Shown in pieces: positions 27,985-41,112 of a stretch of 64,000 bases of DNA (its first letter is position 1; each line of letters begins with the position of its first letter). Where the stretch lies: NCBI GenBank assembly GCA_030390025.1, contig CM059432.1, positions 62,808,001 through 62,872,000 on the forward strand, read 5' to 3'. The notes beneath the pieces were generated by a model. It was not told the origin of the DNA, did not search any database, and worked only from the letters and a program-made list of their open reading frames with translations. The stretch is from Squalus acanthias. Its lineage: Eukaryota. The translations under genes and the position numbers were made by a program.

Positions 27985-28295
27985 GAGGTGTGATGAAATG
28001 TTGGTCAATTTTTTATTAAAGGCCGAGGTTCGTGTTCAAACTTTTGTTTAGTGTTTTGGACATGATCTCCAGGTTGTGAGAACCAGTTATGTTAATGAAT
28101 GATTTTTTGTGTTTCTTTCTATTAGTTTGTCATGAAGAAATGACACACACAGAGTTTGTAAAATAAATAAGTTTTTGTATTCAAAATGTACATGCTTGGT
28201 CTTTGGAATCATTGCTGCCTTGGCCGGCTTAGGGGTTGCGGGTTGGTTTCATTCATGTTGTTCTCAATGGCAGAAGCCATTTCCTGAGTAGGGGC

Positions 28296-29502
28296 CTAGA
28301 AGCGGCTTGTTATCAGCCGTTGAAGGACGGCCCTTGCTGTTTCAACATTGTGGGCCTCCCTCCCGCCTTGGTGCTGCTGATGATCATCCTCCTCCTCTTC
28401 CTTCTCCTCTTCCTCCTCCTCTTCCTCCTCCTCCTCCTCCTCCTCCTCCGGTGGTGCTCCAAGGCCTGGTGGCATTGGCTGGGTCCTGAGGATTGCCAGG
28501 TTATGCAGCATGCAGCACACAACTATGAAGAGGGAGACTCGCTCAGGCGAGTACTGCAGGGCTCCTCTTGAGTGGTCCAGACAGCGGAACCGTTGCTTGA
28601 GCACGCCGATCGTCTGCTCAACGATATTCCTGGTGGCGAGATGGCTCTCGTTGTACCGCAGCTCAGCAGGGGTGTTAAAATTATGGAGCGGTGTCATCAG
28701 CCAGGTGCACAGTGGATAACCCTTGTCCCCGAGGAGCCAACCACTTGGCTGATGCGGTCCCTGGAAAAGGTCTGGCACAGCAGTCTGGCGCAGGATGAAT
28801 GCATCGTGGTTGCTGCCGGGATAGCGGACATTGACAGCGAGTATCAGCTATCTGTGGTCACAGACCAACTGGGCGTTTAAGGAGTGGAACCCCCTGCGGT
28901 TGCGGAAATCCTCTGCATTCTCATGCAGTGCCCGCAATGCCACATGCGTGCAGTCAATGGCGCCCTGCACCATGGGGAAGCCCGCTATCCTCGCAAAGCC
29001 CAATGCGCGTTCATGCTGTTTGGCCCAGGTCATCGGGAAAGAGATGTACTGGCGTCTCCTTTTATAGAGGGCATTTGTGACCTGACGGCTGCAGCAATGG
29101 ACCGCGAACTGGGAGATATTGGCGATGTCCCCAGTAGCTGCTTGAAAGGAGCCGGTGGCATAAAAGTTCAGAGCCATTGTGACCTTCACTGCCACCGACA
29201 GAGACGTCCTGGTCCTCAGTAGAGGCTGCAGATCTGGCTACAGCAGGTGGCAGAGTTCAGTGACTACCTCCTTGCTGAAGCGCAGCCTGCGCAAACACTG
29301 CTCCTCAGACAAATTAATGTAGGAGAATTGTTGGCATGCTGCATAACCTAGCAATCCTCAGGACCTGGGAGGGTAAGGTCTCCTGTACAGAGGCCTGTTG
29401 GCCCTCCTCCGTCTGGCCATGATTGCCACTCTCTCTCTGCGTCTCTGTTGCCTCCGATTCTGCAGGCACAGGACGACCCCCCGAATCAGTGCAGCCCCCA
29501 AG
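28296..29502 (-). pseudogene. Harbinger DDE transposase, frameshifted
   Basis: ALNFYATGSFQ, QGAIDCTH, LGDKGY, IVEQTIGVLKQRFRCL, CCMLHN and a poly-Glu tail, split over several ORFs. Confidence 0.95.
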
Positions 29503-32500
29503 TCTCTTGGTAATCAAAGTAATGAAGGTCAAATCCAAAAGTACCTGCAAAGTGATGCTCAGTAGCCAAAACTACTTCACACAGCGTTGACTCTATGCAG
29601 TAGTCTCTCCTTCTCTCTCTCAGAATCTCTCTCTCTGTCAGAATGAGTGGTGCAAAAATGTCTACCACAGAAAAAGCCAGGAAGAGGCCGCCTTTAAATA
29701 GCGCCCCCCCAGCCCCACACCGACTGGGAAACGTTCCAGTCTACCTGTCGTTGCTTGCGCCAGGCGGAAAGGAGGGGGGCGCCACTCAATATCCGGTCCG
29801 GGGCGCCACAAGGGCGTTGCAGGCTCGACTGACATCAAGATCTGCGGGCGCAGGAGATCGGGGCAGTATTGTTTAGCGCCATCGCAAAATGTCTGGTCAA
29901 TTTCGCGAGCGGCGCAGACATCGCTGCGCCCGGGCGCTAGTTGCTTTGCGCCCCATTAGCGCCCTCTTAAGGCGCTAACGGGAGGCGCAAACCAACCGAA
30001 TTTTTCCCCCAGAATGTTTAAAAATAAGAGTGCAACAGAAAATGGGGCCAAAACAAGGAGGGATGGTAAAAAGACAAAGTTAAAAGCTCTATATCTGAAT
30101 GCATGTAGCATTCGTAACAAGATAGATGAGTTGACGACACAAATAGATACAAATAGGTGTGATCTGATCGCCATTACAGAGACGTGGTTGCAAGGCAACC
30201 AGGGCTGGGAACTGAATATTCCAGGGTATTTGACGATTCGGAAGGATAGACAGAAAGGAAAGGGAGGTACGGTGGCTTTGTTGGTAAAGGATGGGATCAG
30301 TGCAGTGGTGAGAAGCGATATTGGCTCAGAAGATCAAGATGTAGAATCGGTTTGGGTGGAGATAAAAAATAATAAAGGGAAAAAGTCTCTGGTGGGCGTA
30401 GTCTACAGGCCCCCGAACAGTAGCAATACTGTTGGACAGAGTATAAATCAACAAATAATGGAGGCCTGTAAAAAGGTACGGTAATAATCATGGGTAATTT
30501 CAATCTCCATATTGATTGGACAAATCAAATTGGCCATGGTAGCCTTGAGGAGGAGTTGATAGAGTGCATCCGGGATGGTTTCCTGGAACAGTATGTAATG
30601 GAACCAACCAGGGAGCAGGCTATCTTGGATCTGGTACTATGTAATGAGACAGAATTAATAAATGATCTCACAGTAAAGGATCCTCTAGGAAAGAGTGATT
30701 ATAGCATGGTTGAATTTCAAATTCAGTTGAAGGGTGAGAAAGTTGTATCTCAAACCAGTGTCCTGATCTTAAACAAAGGGAATTACAGTGGCATGAGGGC
30801 AGAACTGGCTAAAGTGAACTGGAAAAATAAATTAAAGGGTAAGACAGTTGAAATGCAGTGGCGGATATTTAAGGAGATATTTCATAACTCTCAACAAAAA
30901 TATATTCCAGTGAGAAAGAAAGATTTTAAGAGAAGTGAGCACCATCCGTGGCTAACTAAGGAAGTAAAAGATGGTATCAAATTGAAAACGAAGGCAAACA
31001 ATGTTGCCAAGTTTGGTGGGAGACCAGAGGATTGGGAAATTTTTAAAAACCAGAAAAGGATGACTAAAAAAATAATAAAGCGAGAGAAGATGAATTATGA
31101 GAGTAAACTGGCAAGAAACATTAAAACAGATAGTAAGAGCTTCTACAGGTGTATAAAAAGGAAAAGGGTAGCTAAAGTAAACGTTGGTCCCTTAGAGGAT
31201 GAGACTGGGGAATTAATAATGGGGAACGGGAAAATGGCAGAGACGCTGAACAAATATTTTGTATCTGTCTTCAAGGTAGCAGACACTAACAACATCCCAA
31301 TAATGGATAATCAAGGGGCCACAGGGAGGGGGGAACTAAAGACAATCACTATCACTAAGGTTCCCCTTTATCTACCCTGCTAGCTACATCTTCAAACCCG
31401 ATTCCCTTTCATAAAACCATGTTGACTCTGCCGAATCATATTATGATTTTCTAAATGCCCTGTTACCACTTCCTTCATAATGGATTCCAGCATTTTCCCG
31501 TCAACTGTTGTCAGGCTAACTGGCCTGTGGTTCCCTGTTTTCTCTCTCCCTCCTTTCTTGAATAGCGGGTTAAATTTGCTACCTTCCAATCCGCTGGGAC
31601 CGTTCTAGAATCTAGGGAATTTTGGAAGATCACAACCAATGCATCCACTATCTCTGCAGCCACCTCTTTTAGAATCATAGGATGTAGACCATCAGGTCGA
31701 GGGGATTTGTCAGCTTTTAGTCCCATTAGTTTCTCAAGTAAAAAGACATCAGGGCTCGTCCGTGATTCAAAGGGAATGCAGACAAACTTTTGAGAGTGAA
31801 TATTTATCTACATGGGTGGGTCATTGGGGATTGTGTCACCCAGTCACTGTGGTCTCAGAGAGCTTGCTTGATCACCTTTGGGATTGGAGAGGAATTTTTT
31901 TGAGATTTTTTCCTAAATTGGCCTATGAATATTTTCTCCTTTCTTTCCCTCTCCCAAGATATTGCATTACAGCGTGGAAGTAACACCAGGTTGGGATGGG
32001 ACAGGCTTGATGGACCAGTTGGTCTTTTCCTGTTACCATTTCCCACACTATCCATTTCACAGAAGTGGTTTTGTGCTATGGCTTCATTTTGCCTATAAAC
32101 TTGGTTGAAAGTGCCCAAGCTCATGCCACATAGTAACCTTAAACCAACTGGCAGCGGGGAGTTTCATCCAGTCAGTCGGGAATGGATTCGAACTCCGATC
32201 ATAGATATAAAATTACAACATGTTATCTCACTGCTCTACCCAGGCTGCTGTGTTATCTATTTTGTCCCCACAGTCTTTCCTGCGAATAGTAGACTGGCAT
32301 CTTTAATTTCCAGTGTTATTGCTGGGCCTGTTTGTAAAGTTCAGCCAGATTATCACAGCTGGATACAGGCTGAAAAAGATACTGCAGACATTGGACCTGG
32401 ATCTGGAGAGAGACCTTGGTAAATTACGTGGACAGTGAGAGAAGGGCATGGACCGAGATGGGACATAAATCTGCAATGGACTAGTTACTCCCCATCAGAG

Positions 32501-32899
32501 TGCATTAGGTCAATATTTTTTACTCTTGTTTGTAGTGATATGGCATGGTATTTTTTTGTTTCAACCTTTTACTGGTATCTACAGTTTTACATCTTGGCAG
32601 AGAATAATCTCTGTGCAGATGGATATTCTTTTTATATCTGATACTGGGGCTGGGACTAAGGATGGAAGTTTGCAGAACCCTGGTCTGGGAGTTTTTTGGA
32701 TTTGAAAAATGGAATAAAACTAAATAAATTGGCTCTCTCACTGCACCTGTGAGAATCTCATATAGGAACATTTTGGTTGAAGTTTTATTCAGTGGGCAGA
32801 ATTCAGTTACATCACATGCATGATAATAATTGTTCGAATTGCTATTCTGAGTAAAGAGAACAACGAGATCAAAGGTTTTCATTCAGAATAAATACATTT

Positions 32900-33097
32900 G
32901 CCAAGAATTTCCTCGGGGGTTCTCTCAATCGGTCACTGTAACTTCGGCTTGAAACTGTGACTTGCATCTACCACAATTATCTGTATAATTATAGTAGATG
33001 GAAGATGGGAGGAGACACTCAGCGTAAACAAGGCTTCTGACAATCTTCCACCAAAGTCACGGTGGCTGATTGGGGAACCCTTGAAGAAATTCCTGTC
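32900..33097. mobile_element. ~200-bp MITE with long imperfect inverted repeats
   Basis: AAGAATTTCCTCGGGGGTTCTCTCAATCGGTCACTGTAACTTCGG pairs imperfectly with CCAAAGTCACGGTGGCTGATTGGGGAACCCTTGAAGAAATTCCT. Confidence 0.6.
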
Positions 33098-35301
33098 GAT
33101 TATTTCCATTATACCATTCCTGCCTCATCATGATGAGAAGTTTAGAATGAACATGCTTGTTATCTACATGTGTAACTTCTTAAATGCTACAGTCACACCC
33201 ACATTCTACTTACAGCAGAAAAACGTGCAATGTATGACTTAATTTATTAGAACTGAAAAATATATATTTTTTTAAATGACTATTATTTTTAAATTCACAT
33301 GATTGATTTCTATAAGAATATGGATATCTGAGAAAGATGGCATCCTAATACTCTTACCATAAGATATTGAGATTAAGCTATGGTGTGGATGTGATGCTTT
33401 ACTAAGTTCAGATTGTAGTGAGCTTTCCACCAGTGCAAATATTGCAAGAAACCTCAGGATTTATCATTCCAGGGTAGGTTATCTAAATATTGAATGAATG
33501 GTAAAGCTTCAATTAGAGATTTCTGTAATCAAATGTGGGTTTTCTTTATCTACTCATTTTCAACGGCTTCCATTCTATATTATGCTGTGCACTAGAAGGC
33601 TATTTGCACATGTCTGTCATGTAAATTCCCAGGCTCCACGTGTGAGTGAACGGTTCAGAGCTCTGCCATATTCACTTGGACAGATATCCATGGCTGACAT
33701 GACAACCAACTCCATGAATTATCTTCAAGTGCCTAGAGTAGTGTCTGTGTAAGTTACAGTAAATCAGCATAATTTGCCATGTGGTAGCTGTCAGACCACA
33801 AGGAGCTCTTAGGTACAGTAATGTTGTAAAAATGTTATAGAGGAAGAGAAACAAACTAAAGAATACAATGTTGAGCCACAGAATCTATACACCATAGCTG
33901 TGAACTCCAGCTACTGGTCATATTGATGCTTATTCAATATCTGACGCCTCTGTTATTAAGCTAAAGCAGCCACATTTGTTCTTGCAAATCCATTACTTTT
34001 CCATAGAGGATAAGTTACAATTCTCCAAAGTCTAATGATTACATTTAATTCCAGTATGTATTTCATTTTGTGGTATTGCTTCAAAGTTTTGGTTTATCTT
34101 GGACATACTTTTGCAATATTAACAAATCTACTAGGACTTTAAGGAATGTCCTGAGAGGTTTACATAACCTCCCCAATAGGGCTATTTATTCATTGGAATT
34201 TCAGGACATGATTCCAATTGTGCTCTGTTACTTTCCTGACTACCATTCCTACCAATTGTTGGTCGATTACAGATATCTCAGGCTGCAGATGTCAACATTG
34301 TCAGATATTTTTATTTGAAAAACGAAAACTTCCATGCGATGTTTGGATCGCTTGAATTTACAGTCTTTTTTCTGATCAAACTTGCTTTCATCATTAGTTT
34401 CACCAGCTCACCCCCTCATGCCATGTGCAATGTATTCACCAGCATGTCATAAATGCAGCACAGACCTGCCAGCAACACCAGGCCATACAACCAAGTAAAG
34501 GATTTGTATGCCTAAACTTAGAGGTGACCTACGACGTGGATCTAATTAATCACAAGGCAATAAAAGCTGTTGGAACAGAGGAAGAGACTACAAAGACACT
34601 TTAGCGAAGAATTTCCTCTATTTCTCTACCCATTTTGGAGCTGCTTTGGAGCTGATAAGAGCAGGAATCTGCTGTTCTGCCAGCTTCCTCTGCCACCAGC
34701 TCCCTCTGGACTGACTGTGGACGAGGGATACCGTGGTTGTATGGAAATGGTGGTTAATGATGGCGCTGATGCATTGGCCACCATTAATGCTTTAACAATG
34801 TTGGGCGTCAGGAATGCCATTGTGTTTCTGGCATCCAGTGGTATTAAGCAGCAGCGAGGAGGATCCCAGAATCAAACAACTGCCTTCCTAAAATGCAATC
34901 AATTGCACTAGACAAAGTGGGTAAATTAGGAGGTGAACTTCCACAGGGGATTTCCTGCTTGTTTGCTGTAATTGCGGCAGAGGATACCGCAGAAAACTTG
35001 GAGAAATGGCGTCAATTCACCCCCTTAAAATAAATTAGGAAAAAACAATATTTTTGTCTGCGGCCACGACTGCTGTCCACACTTTTTGCAAAACAAGTGC
35101 CAAAATATTTGCTTAGCTACCACCCCCGCACCACCACCCCACCACTCCACCACCCCCAACCCCACCAGAAGTGGGTGATCCTGTGGCTCCATAAATACTG
35201 CTGGAGCCCGCCACCATCACCGTTAGAGCAGGGATGCATCAGCAGGCGCAGTCCTGCTCTGATGCACATCCAGTGGGAACCTTGCCAGAGAAGAAGATCT
35301 A

Positions 35302-36194
35302 GGGGGAAAAATTCAGTCGCGCCCCGTTTGGGGCGCAAATATCGTCCGGGCGCAAAAATTAGCGCCTGGCGCTAATTATCGCCACTGACTGGAAACTTCA
35401 CTTTTATCGACCCCTGAGGTGATTGGAGCGCTAAATCAGGCGCTTCACACCTGTCTTAAGGCGCAAAGGCCGAGGAGCGAGGCGCTAACTCAGAGCGCTG
35501 GCGAAGCTCATGTGATGTTAGTCAGCAATGGAACACACACTCAATGGCACCGGCCAGTTCTTAAAGGGGATGGTTGATCTTGCTTTCCATCCACATCCTG
35601 CTCATTGCAGCCTTGAATCCCGGCCTGGAGAGACCTGCACATCAAATCTGCTGGAAAGAACAATGGAGAGTACCAGGGAAAGAGCTTAGAGTGCAGCCCC
35701 AACAGTCTCTTCTAAATCGATACAAGGAATGGCAAATCAAAATGAACCTGCAAAGTGCTGCTCAGTACCCAAAACTCCTTCACACAACGTTGAATCTCTC
35801 CAGATGTCTCTCTCTCTCTCTCTCAGAATGCGTAGTTCAAAAATGGCACCAACAATAAAAGGCAGGAAGCGGTCACCTTTAAATAGCGCTCCCCCAGTCC
35901 CTTCATGACTGCAGAACGCTCCCCTCAACCTGTCGTTGCTAGCGTCAGGCGGTAAGGCAGGGGGCGCCACTCAATATCCGCTCCGGGGCGATACCGGGGC
36001 GTTGCACACTCGACTGACGTCACGATCTGCCGGCGCAGGAGATCGTGGCGGTAGTGTTTAGCGCCGCCGCAAAATGTCTAGTTAAGTTCTCGAGCGGCGC
36101 AAACATCGCTGCGCCCGGGCGCTAGCTGCTTTGCGCTCCATTAGCGCCCTCTTAAGGTGCTAACGGGAGGCGCAACCAACTGAATTTTTCCCCC
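35302..36194. mobile_element. Non-autonomous Harbinger, 893 bp
   Basis: TIRs GGGGGAAAAATTCAG / CTGAATTTTTCCCCC with TSD CTA. Near-identical to 46986-47878; ends match the autonomous elements. Confidence 0.95.
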
Positions 36195-36960
36195 CTAGAC
36201 TTTACTGTACCCAGAGCTTTTCTATATTTTAAGGCTTTGTGGAGGACAAGCGAATTGTTTTAAAATTTGACTCATTTTAAGAGAGTTTAGCGACTATATA
36301 AATCCATCAGCAATGGACATTGTAAGATGGTGGTACAACAAGCTCTTTCACTTGGTGTTCAGTAAGACAGTCCAGAACCTGTTTTAGAGAGACTTGGTTT
36401 GGGTGCCAGACATAAAATGCTACTAGTTATAATTACATGGGTTGCACTGTTAGCTTATAGCTGCAAGGTTCCAGATGCAGCATTTTACTATTGCAAGTCA
36501 GCTGATCTTATGCACTCTAAGAATTTTGTAGTTCAAATTTACAATATACTTTTCCATACTTACCTGATTCATCATGATCTTTATGAAATTAGAGCCTTGA
36601 AAATTAATATTCCTAAATAGGGATGATTGTAAAGCTCACTTTGTATTTATATTGCGTGCTTCATATGACATTTCTATCTGAAGTAGATGTTAATAAGAAA
36701 AATACACAATCTTGCACAGTTTAATAAACTCTCTTGTTTGTACAAAATAAACCTACTCCTTCAAAAGCAAAGCACATAATCTGCTATTTTATAAGGTTGT
36801 TACAATTTGGGTTTCTTTCCAAAATGTTTTACTCATGCCCACCAGCTTCCACAGACAAATCTGTGATTTCTATCAGCAAAACTTGACTGATGCATGAAGT
36901 ACTTGGGACATCATACAGAAGGGTAAACAACATACCCTTATACTACTAAGTTAGACACTA

Positions 36961-38092
36961 GGGCCGTGAAATTCCCCTCTCAGCCCTGGCATTTAAGGCC
37001 GGTTTAGGCAGAAAAATGGCGGCTGCCTCGCTTCCAGCCACTTCCGGCAGACACCATTTTGGACAAGTTGGTAGCGCAGCAGTTGCCTGCGTTCAGCTGC
37101 ATGAGGGACCTGCCCCCAGCGATATTTAAAGGGATCATCAGCGACTTTCAGGTCTCTTGGTTTTCTGATTTCTATTGGCTCTGTGTAAGTTTGTGCAACA
37201 GTTTGGAGCTTTCTAGAATTATTTAAAGTTGGTGAGGTGACAGGGAGTGGTGCTGCAAGTGGAGAAAGCCTTGCTTCTGAATTCAAGGGTTCTGCTCAGA
37301 CCATTTGCTCCCAGTTATGGGGGCTCTACTTGCAGTCCCCCTCGCGCTGGAGTATGACAGGGAGATGGAGCAGAGGCAGCAAAGAAGAAGACAAGCTGTT
37401 CGCAGAGGGAGAAGGAGGAGGGGCAGGAGGGCTCTCAGCAGGAGGCCTTACCCAGCTAGGGTCTTCTGAGAGCACTTCACCTACTTGCACTTAAGCCAGG
37501 AGCAGTGTATCGGAGGCTCCGCTTCACCAAGGAGGTGGTCACAGAACTCTGCCACCTCTTGGAACCAGACCTGCAGCCTCAGAGCAGGGCGACGACAGCG
37601 CTGCCAGTGGCCCTTAAGGTGACTGTGGCCCTGACTTTTTTTGCCACTGGATCCTTCCAGTCTGGAGCAGGCGACATAGCTAACATCTCCCAGTTCACCG
37701 TCCATCACACAGAGGCTCTGTACTCCAGGAGAAGGGACTTCATTATCTTCTCTCTCAGCAGAGAGAAGCAGGAGGAGCCACATGTGGCTTTGCCAGGATA
37801 TCGGGCTTCCCCATGGTGCAGGGCGCCATCGACTGCACGCACGCGGCTTTGCAGGCGCCACATATCAATCCTGAGATGTACTGCAACCGCAAAGGCTACC
37901 ACACACTTAATGTACAGTTGGTATGCGGCCATGCCCAGCATATCATGATGGTGAATGCCAGGTATCCTGGCAGCAGTCATGATGCCTTCATCCTGCGCCA
38001 GTCCAGTGTTCTAGCAACCTTCCAGCCACCACATCGAACCCGAAGCATGATCTGCCTGCGGCCGATTTCGGGCCTAATCCAATTTCAACCCC
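36961..38092 (+). mobile_element. Internally deleted Harbinger with transposase remnant (37317-38040)
   Basis: RLRFTKEVVTELCHLL..ALTFFATGSFQ, QGAIDCTH, YPGSSHDAFIL. Ends GGCCGTGAAATT / AATTTCAACCCC. Confidence 0.85.
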
Positions 38093-38096
38093 TATT

Positions 38097-38270
38097 GGGG
38101 CTAAAATTCTGCAGGGCTTCCACCAGCCTCCCACTGTGATTCCAGCTGGAGACCAGCAGAACAGGGAATCAGAGAACTGTTGTTACTGCCATATTCCTGC
38201 GGGTTCCATTTGTCTTCTGTTGGAGTTATGGTGGGAGACTGGTGGAACGCCTGGGGGGAATTTCAACCCC
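38097..38270. mobile_element. 174-bp Harbinger-type MITE
   Basis: GGGGCTAAAATTC / GAATTTCAACCCC, plus inner inverted repeat TTCCACCAGCCTCCCAC / GTGGGAGACTGGTGGAA. Confidence 0.7.
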
Positions 38271-40099
38271 AGGAAATAGCACAAAACACCACCGTATGCC
38301 CGTAATCTCTCTGAAAGATGGAAAAACACAATGCGGTGACTAAAAATACAAATTTTGAATTTATTATAAAATGTAATTTTTTGCGGAAGTAATAAATCAG
38401 AAAATTAAAAAATATACAACCCATGATTTTTTGAAACTTGTGCTATAACCCCAATCATGTTGCCAATGAGATCTTGGCACAGCATCAACTGCTTTTGTGG
38501 GGAGTCCAATCATAAAATTAGATTTTGTGCCCCTTAAGCACCAGCTCCACCTTAGCAGTGAAATACATTACGTGGTACACTTCTGGTAAGGGTATCAAGG
38601 GACATGAAACAAAGGTGGCTAAATGGAGTTGAGTTACAAATCAACCATGATCTAACTGAATGGCGGAACAGGCTCAAGGGACTCGTGTTCCAAGTTCCTA
38701 TGTGAAACATTGTATGATCTGAGTTACCGTGACCAGTGCAATAAAGATCTGCTAGTACCAAAAAAAAAATCTTTAATTTCTCATTTTTAGAGTTCCTTTT
38801 CTCCTTCAATTTTTCTATCCTGGTATTTCTTTCTTTTCACTTGTTGCTCTGTTTCTTCCTTCATCAAAGCTTTTAGTTTCTTCCTCACTTTTCACAGATT
38901 CTGTCTGAGGATATCTGGAGATTTCATCAGTTGATCTGGAAAATGTTTAAAATCCGGAGTCTTCGATTGAAACCTGGAGACTTAACAGGAAACAGGCACA
39001 TTTAAAACATTTATAATTCATTTAAAAACATTGCAACTTTTTCCTTGTGTTGCAAGCCTGCAGTTTTGATGCTCCAGCAGTGTATTACCAGACAACGTTT
39101 CTACAGAAAGTAATTATCGACAGATATAAAGTTGCTATGTGCTAAGCTTGATTCAGTTTTATGAATGAGACAAAATAATTTCAATACAATTCCAGATAAA
39201 GTAACAAGTACTCAAAGTATCAGTGATAGCAGTTATTGAAAAGTTATTGACCGTAGCTCTTTTATTGCCAACAAGACATTCCTTTCCATAACTCTATGTT
39301 TCTGTATCTTTGGAGATCAAAGAGGAGAATCATAAATCATAAAATTGGCGGCGGGCGTGGGATGTGAATTGTGTGTGTCTGATTCACAAGTCACTAAGTC
39401 TTGCAATTTTGCTGGGCCAAATGAGACAGCACAGCAGGCATGTGGAAACCTCAGTTAAATGGTATCATTATTTAAATTAATCAAATATTTTGAATGTCCA
39501 GGGAACATCCATGATGCTTTTATTATGCAGCAGTCCATGATATTTTTTAAATATTTCTAAATAAGGAGGGGATCTCAATAATTAGGATAATTATATTTTG
39601 TACAAATGTGTGCTCCCAGCTGAGTCTCGCCCACCAGCAGCACATATCAAGAAATCGTGGGCACATTCTGCACAATGTTTTTAACAGCATGCCCACGATT
39701 TACCAATATATGTTCCTGGCAGACGAGGCTCTCCACTGGGAACACTCTGGTAAAATCGGCCCTGTACTGTGTCATCTCTTTGCTAACATCCATTGCATTT
39801 CTCCTCTGGATGCTCTGTGGTGATGCTGCATTGCACTCTCACATTGCATAGCAAGCTGCAGACTATAGTGATGCAGGAGGCTTTGGCCGGGCTGTATTGT
39901 ACAATTCCCCTGATCTGTCTAGGCATCTAACTTACTGCTTTAACTTGCCAATGATCACTGTGGTAGATACATCCAATTCATTATACATGTACTTGTCAAA
40001 TTGATCCCAAAGGGAGACCTTCATTTTCAGAATCCCAGATAGCTGGTAATTTGAGACTACATTTTCTCTCCCACTACAATATTAATGCAGTGATATCCC

Positions 40100-40520
40100 T
40101 TGCAGTTCATGATTGCACAGTTATTGTGTGCTGAAGCATGTGGGCCACATGGAAGCAGTCAGTGCCTGGACTTAGAGGAATCCTGTAATCTGACAAAAAT
40201 GCCTTGCCCTCTTATTTTGTTTCCAGTTGTCCATATGGAAAGTGATATAGTCGCTTGCTTTGGCACACAATGCATCAGTCATCTGCTTAATATATTTGAG
40301 CACTGAAGATTGACTGATGTTGCTCAAGTCCTCTGTGGCAGCCTGGAATAAGCCTGAGGCATAAAAGTTCAGGGCTGAAATGATTTTGACAGCCACTGGA
40401 AGTGCCGTGCCTGCCTGCAGTTTGGCTGCAAGTCAGCTTACAGCATTCAACACAACTCTGTCAAAGCCTCCCTGGGGAATCATACACTGTTCCCTGGACA
40501 AGTCGAGATAAGTTCACTGT
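40100..40520 (-). pseudogene. Old Harbinger transposase remnant
   Basis: AVKIISALNFYASGLFQAATEDLSNISQSSV. Confidence 0.75.
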
Positions 40521-40799
40521 GACAAAAATTATGTATTTTTGTCCAAGTTTTGGTTTAGTGCCTGTTTCCTCAAAACTCAGTCATTGTGCTCATGGAGTTC
40601 AACAGTTAGCCAAGCCAGCATATTTACAAGCCTAACTGATATAATGTTGGGAAGTTTTTTGTTATAGTTTCCTGTGTATAAACACCCAATATCCCAATTA
40701 TTAGGTTGCTAGCAAGAATGGGTGAACAAACTTTCTTCAGCCACAGTGTTGGTCCCAGAAAGAAAAAAACAAAATAAAAGATCAAAAATATTTAAAAAG

Positions 40800-41112
40800 G
40801 GAAGAACTTGTATTTATATCGTGCTTTTCATGTCTTCAGGATATCCCAAAGTGCTTCATAGTCATTGAATTACTTTTGAAAAGTAGTCACTATTGTTTTG
40901 TAGGAAAATGTGGCAGCCAATTTTCACACAGCAGGTCCTACAAACAGCAATGGGATAAATGTCCTGTTTTTGATAGTGTTTGTTGAGGAATGTTGGCCAG
41001 GATACTGGGAGAAATCCCCTTTTCTTCTTCAATTAGTGCCATGGGATCTTTTATGTCACCCTGAAGGCAGCACCTCTGATAATGCAGCACTCCCTTAGTA
41101 TTGCACTGAAGT
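40800..41112 (-). mobile_element. Diverged DeuSINE (SacSINE1-like) fragment
   Basis: Similar to 58597-58995 (GTGCCATGGGATCTTT, GCAGCACTCCCT). Confidence 0.6.

Larger units (their letters stand above)
25590..30010. mobile_element. Full-length two-gene PIF/Harbinger transposon (defective), 4421 bp
   Basis: TIRs GGGGGAGAAATTC / GAATTTTTCCCCC with TSD AGA. Convergent Myb/SANT and transposase genes. Confidence 0.95.
25195..31740 (+). mobile_element. Rearranged CR1 LINE: ORF1 C-terminus (25324-25449) and ORF2 endonuclease region (30014-31359), split by a Harbinger; flanking segments inverted
   Basis: GFRFVGHWHQYWDKRELFLLDGLHLNHAG (esterase-type ORF1). LYLNACSIRNK, IAITETWL, GVVYRPP, MGNFN, LDLVL (APE endonuclease). 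31360-31740 continues ORF2 on the minus strand; 25195-25323 is a minus-strand CR1 tail. Confidence 0.9.

Noticed and set aside
32313..32417. Possible host exon on the plus strand (TTTCCAG...GTAAAT)
   Set aside because: Two frames are open but there is no recognisable homology; cannot be supported without RNA data.
34626..34888. Possible host exon on the minus strand (TTTTAG acceptor, 64-aa ORF)
   Set aside because: Weak donor, no recognisable protein and no partner exons.
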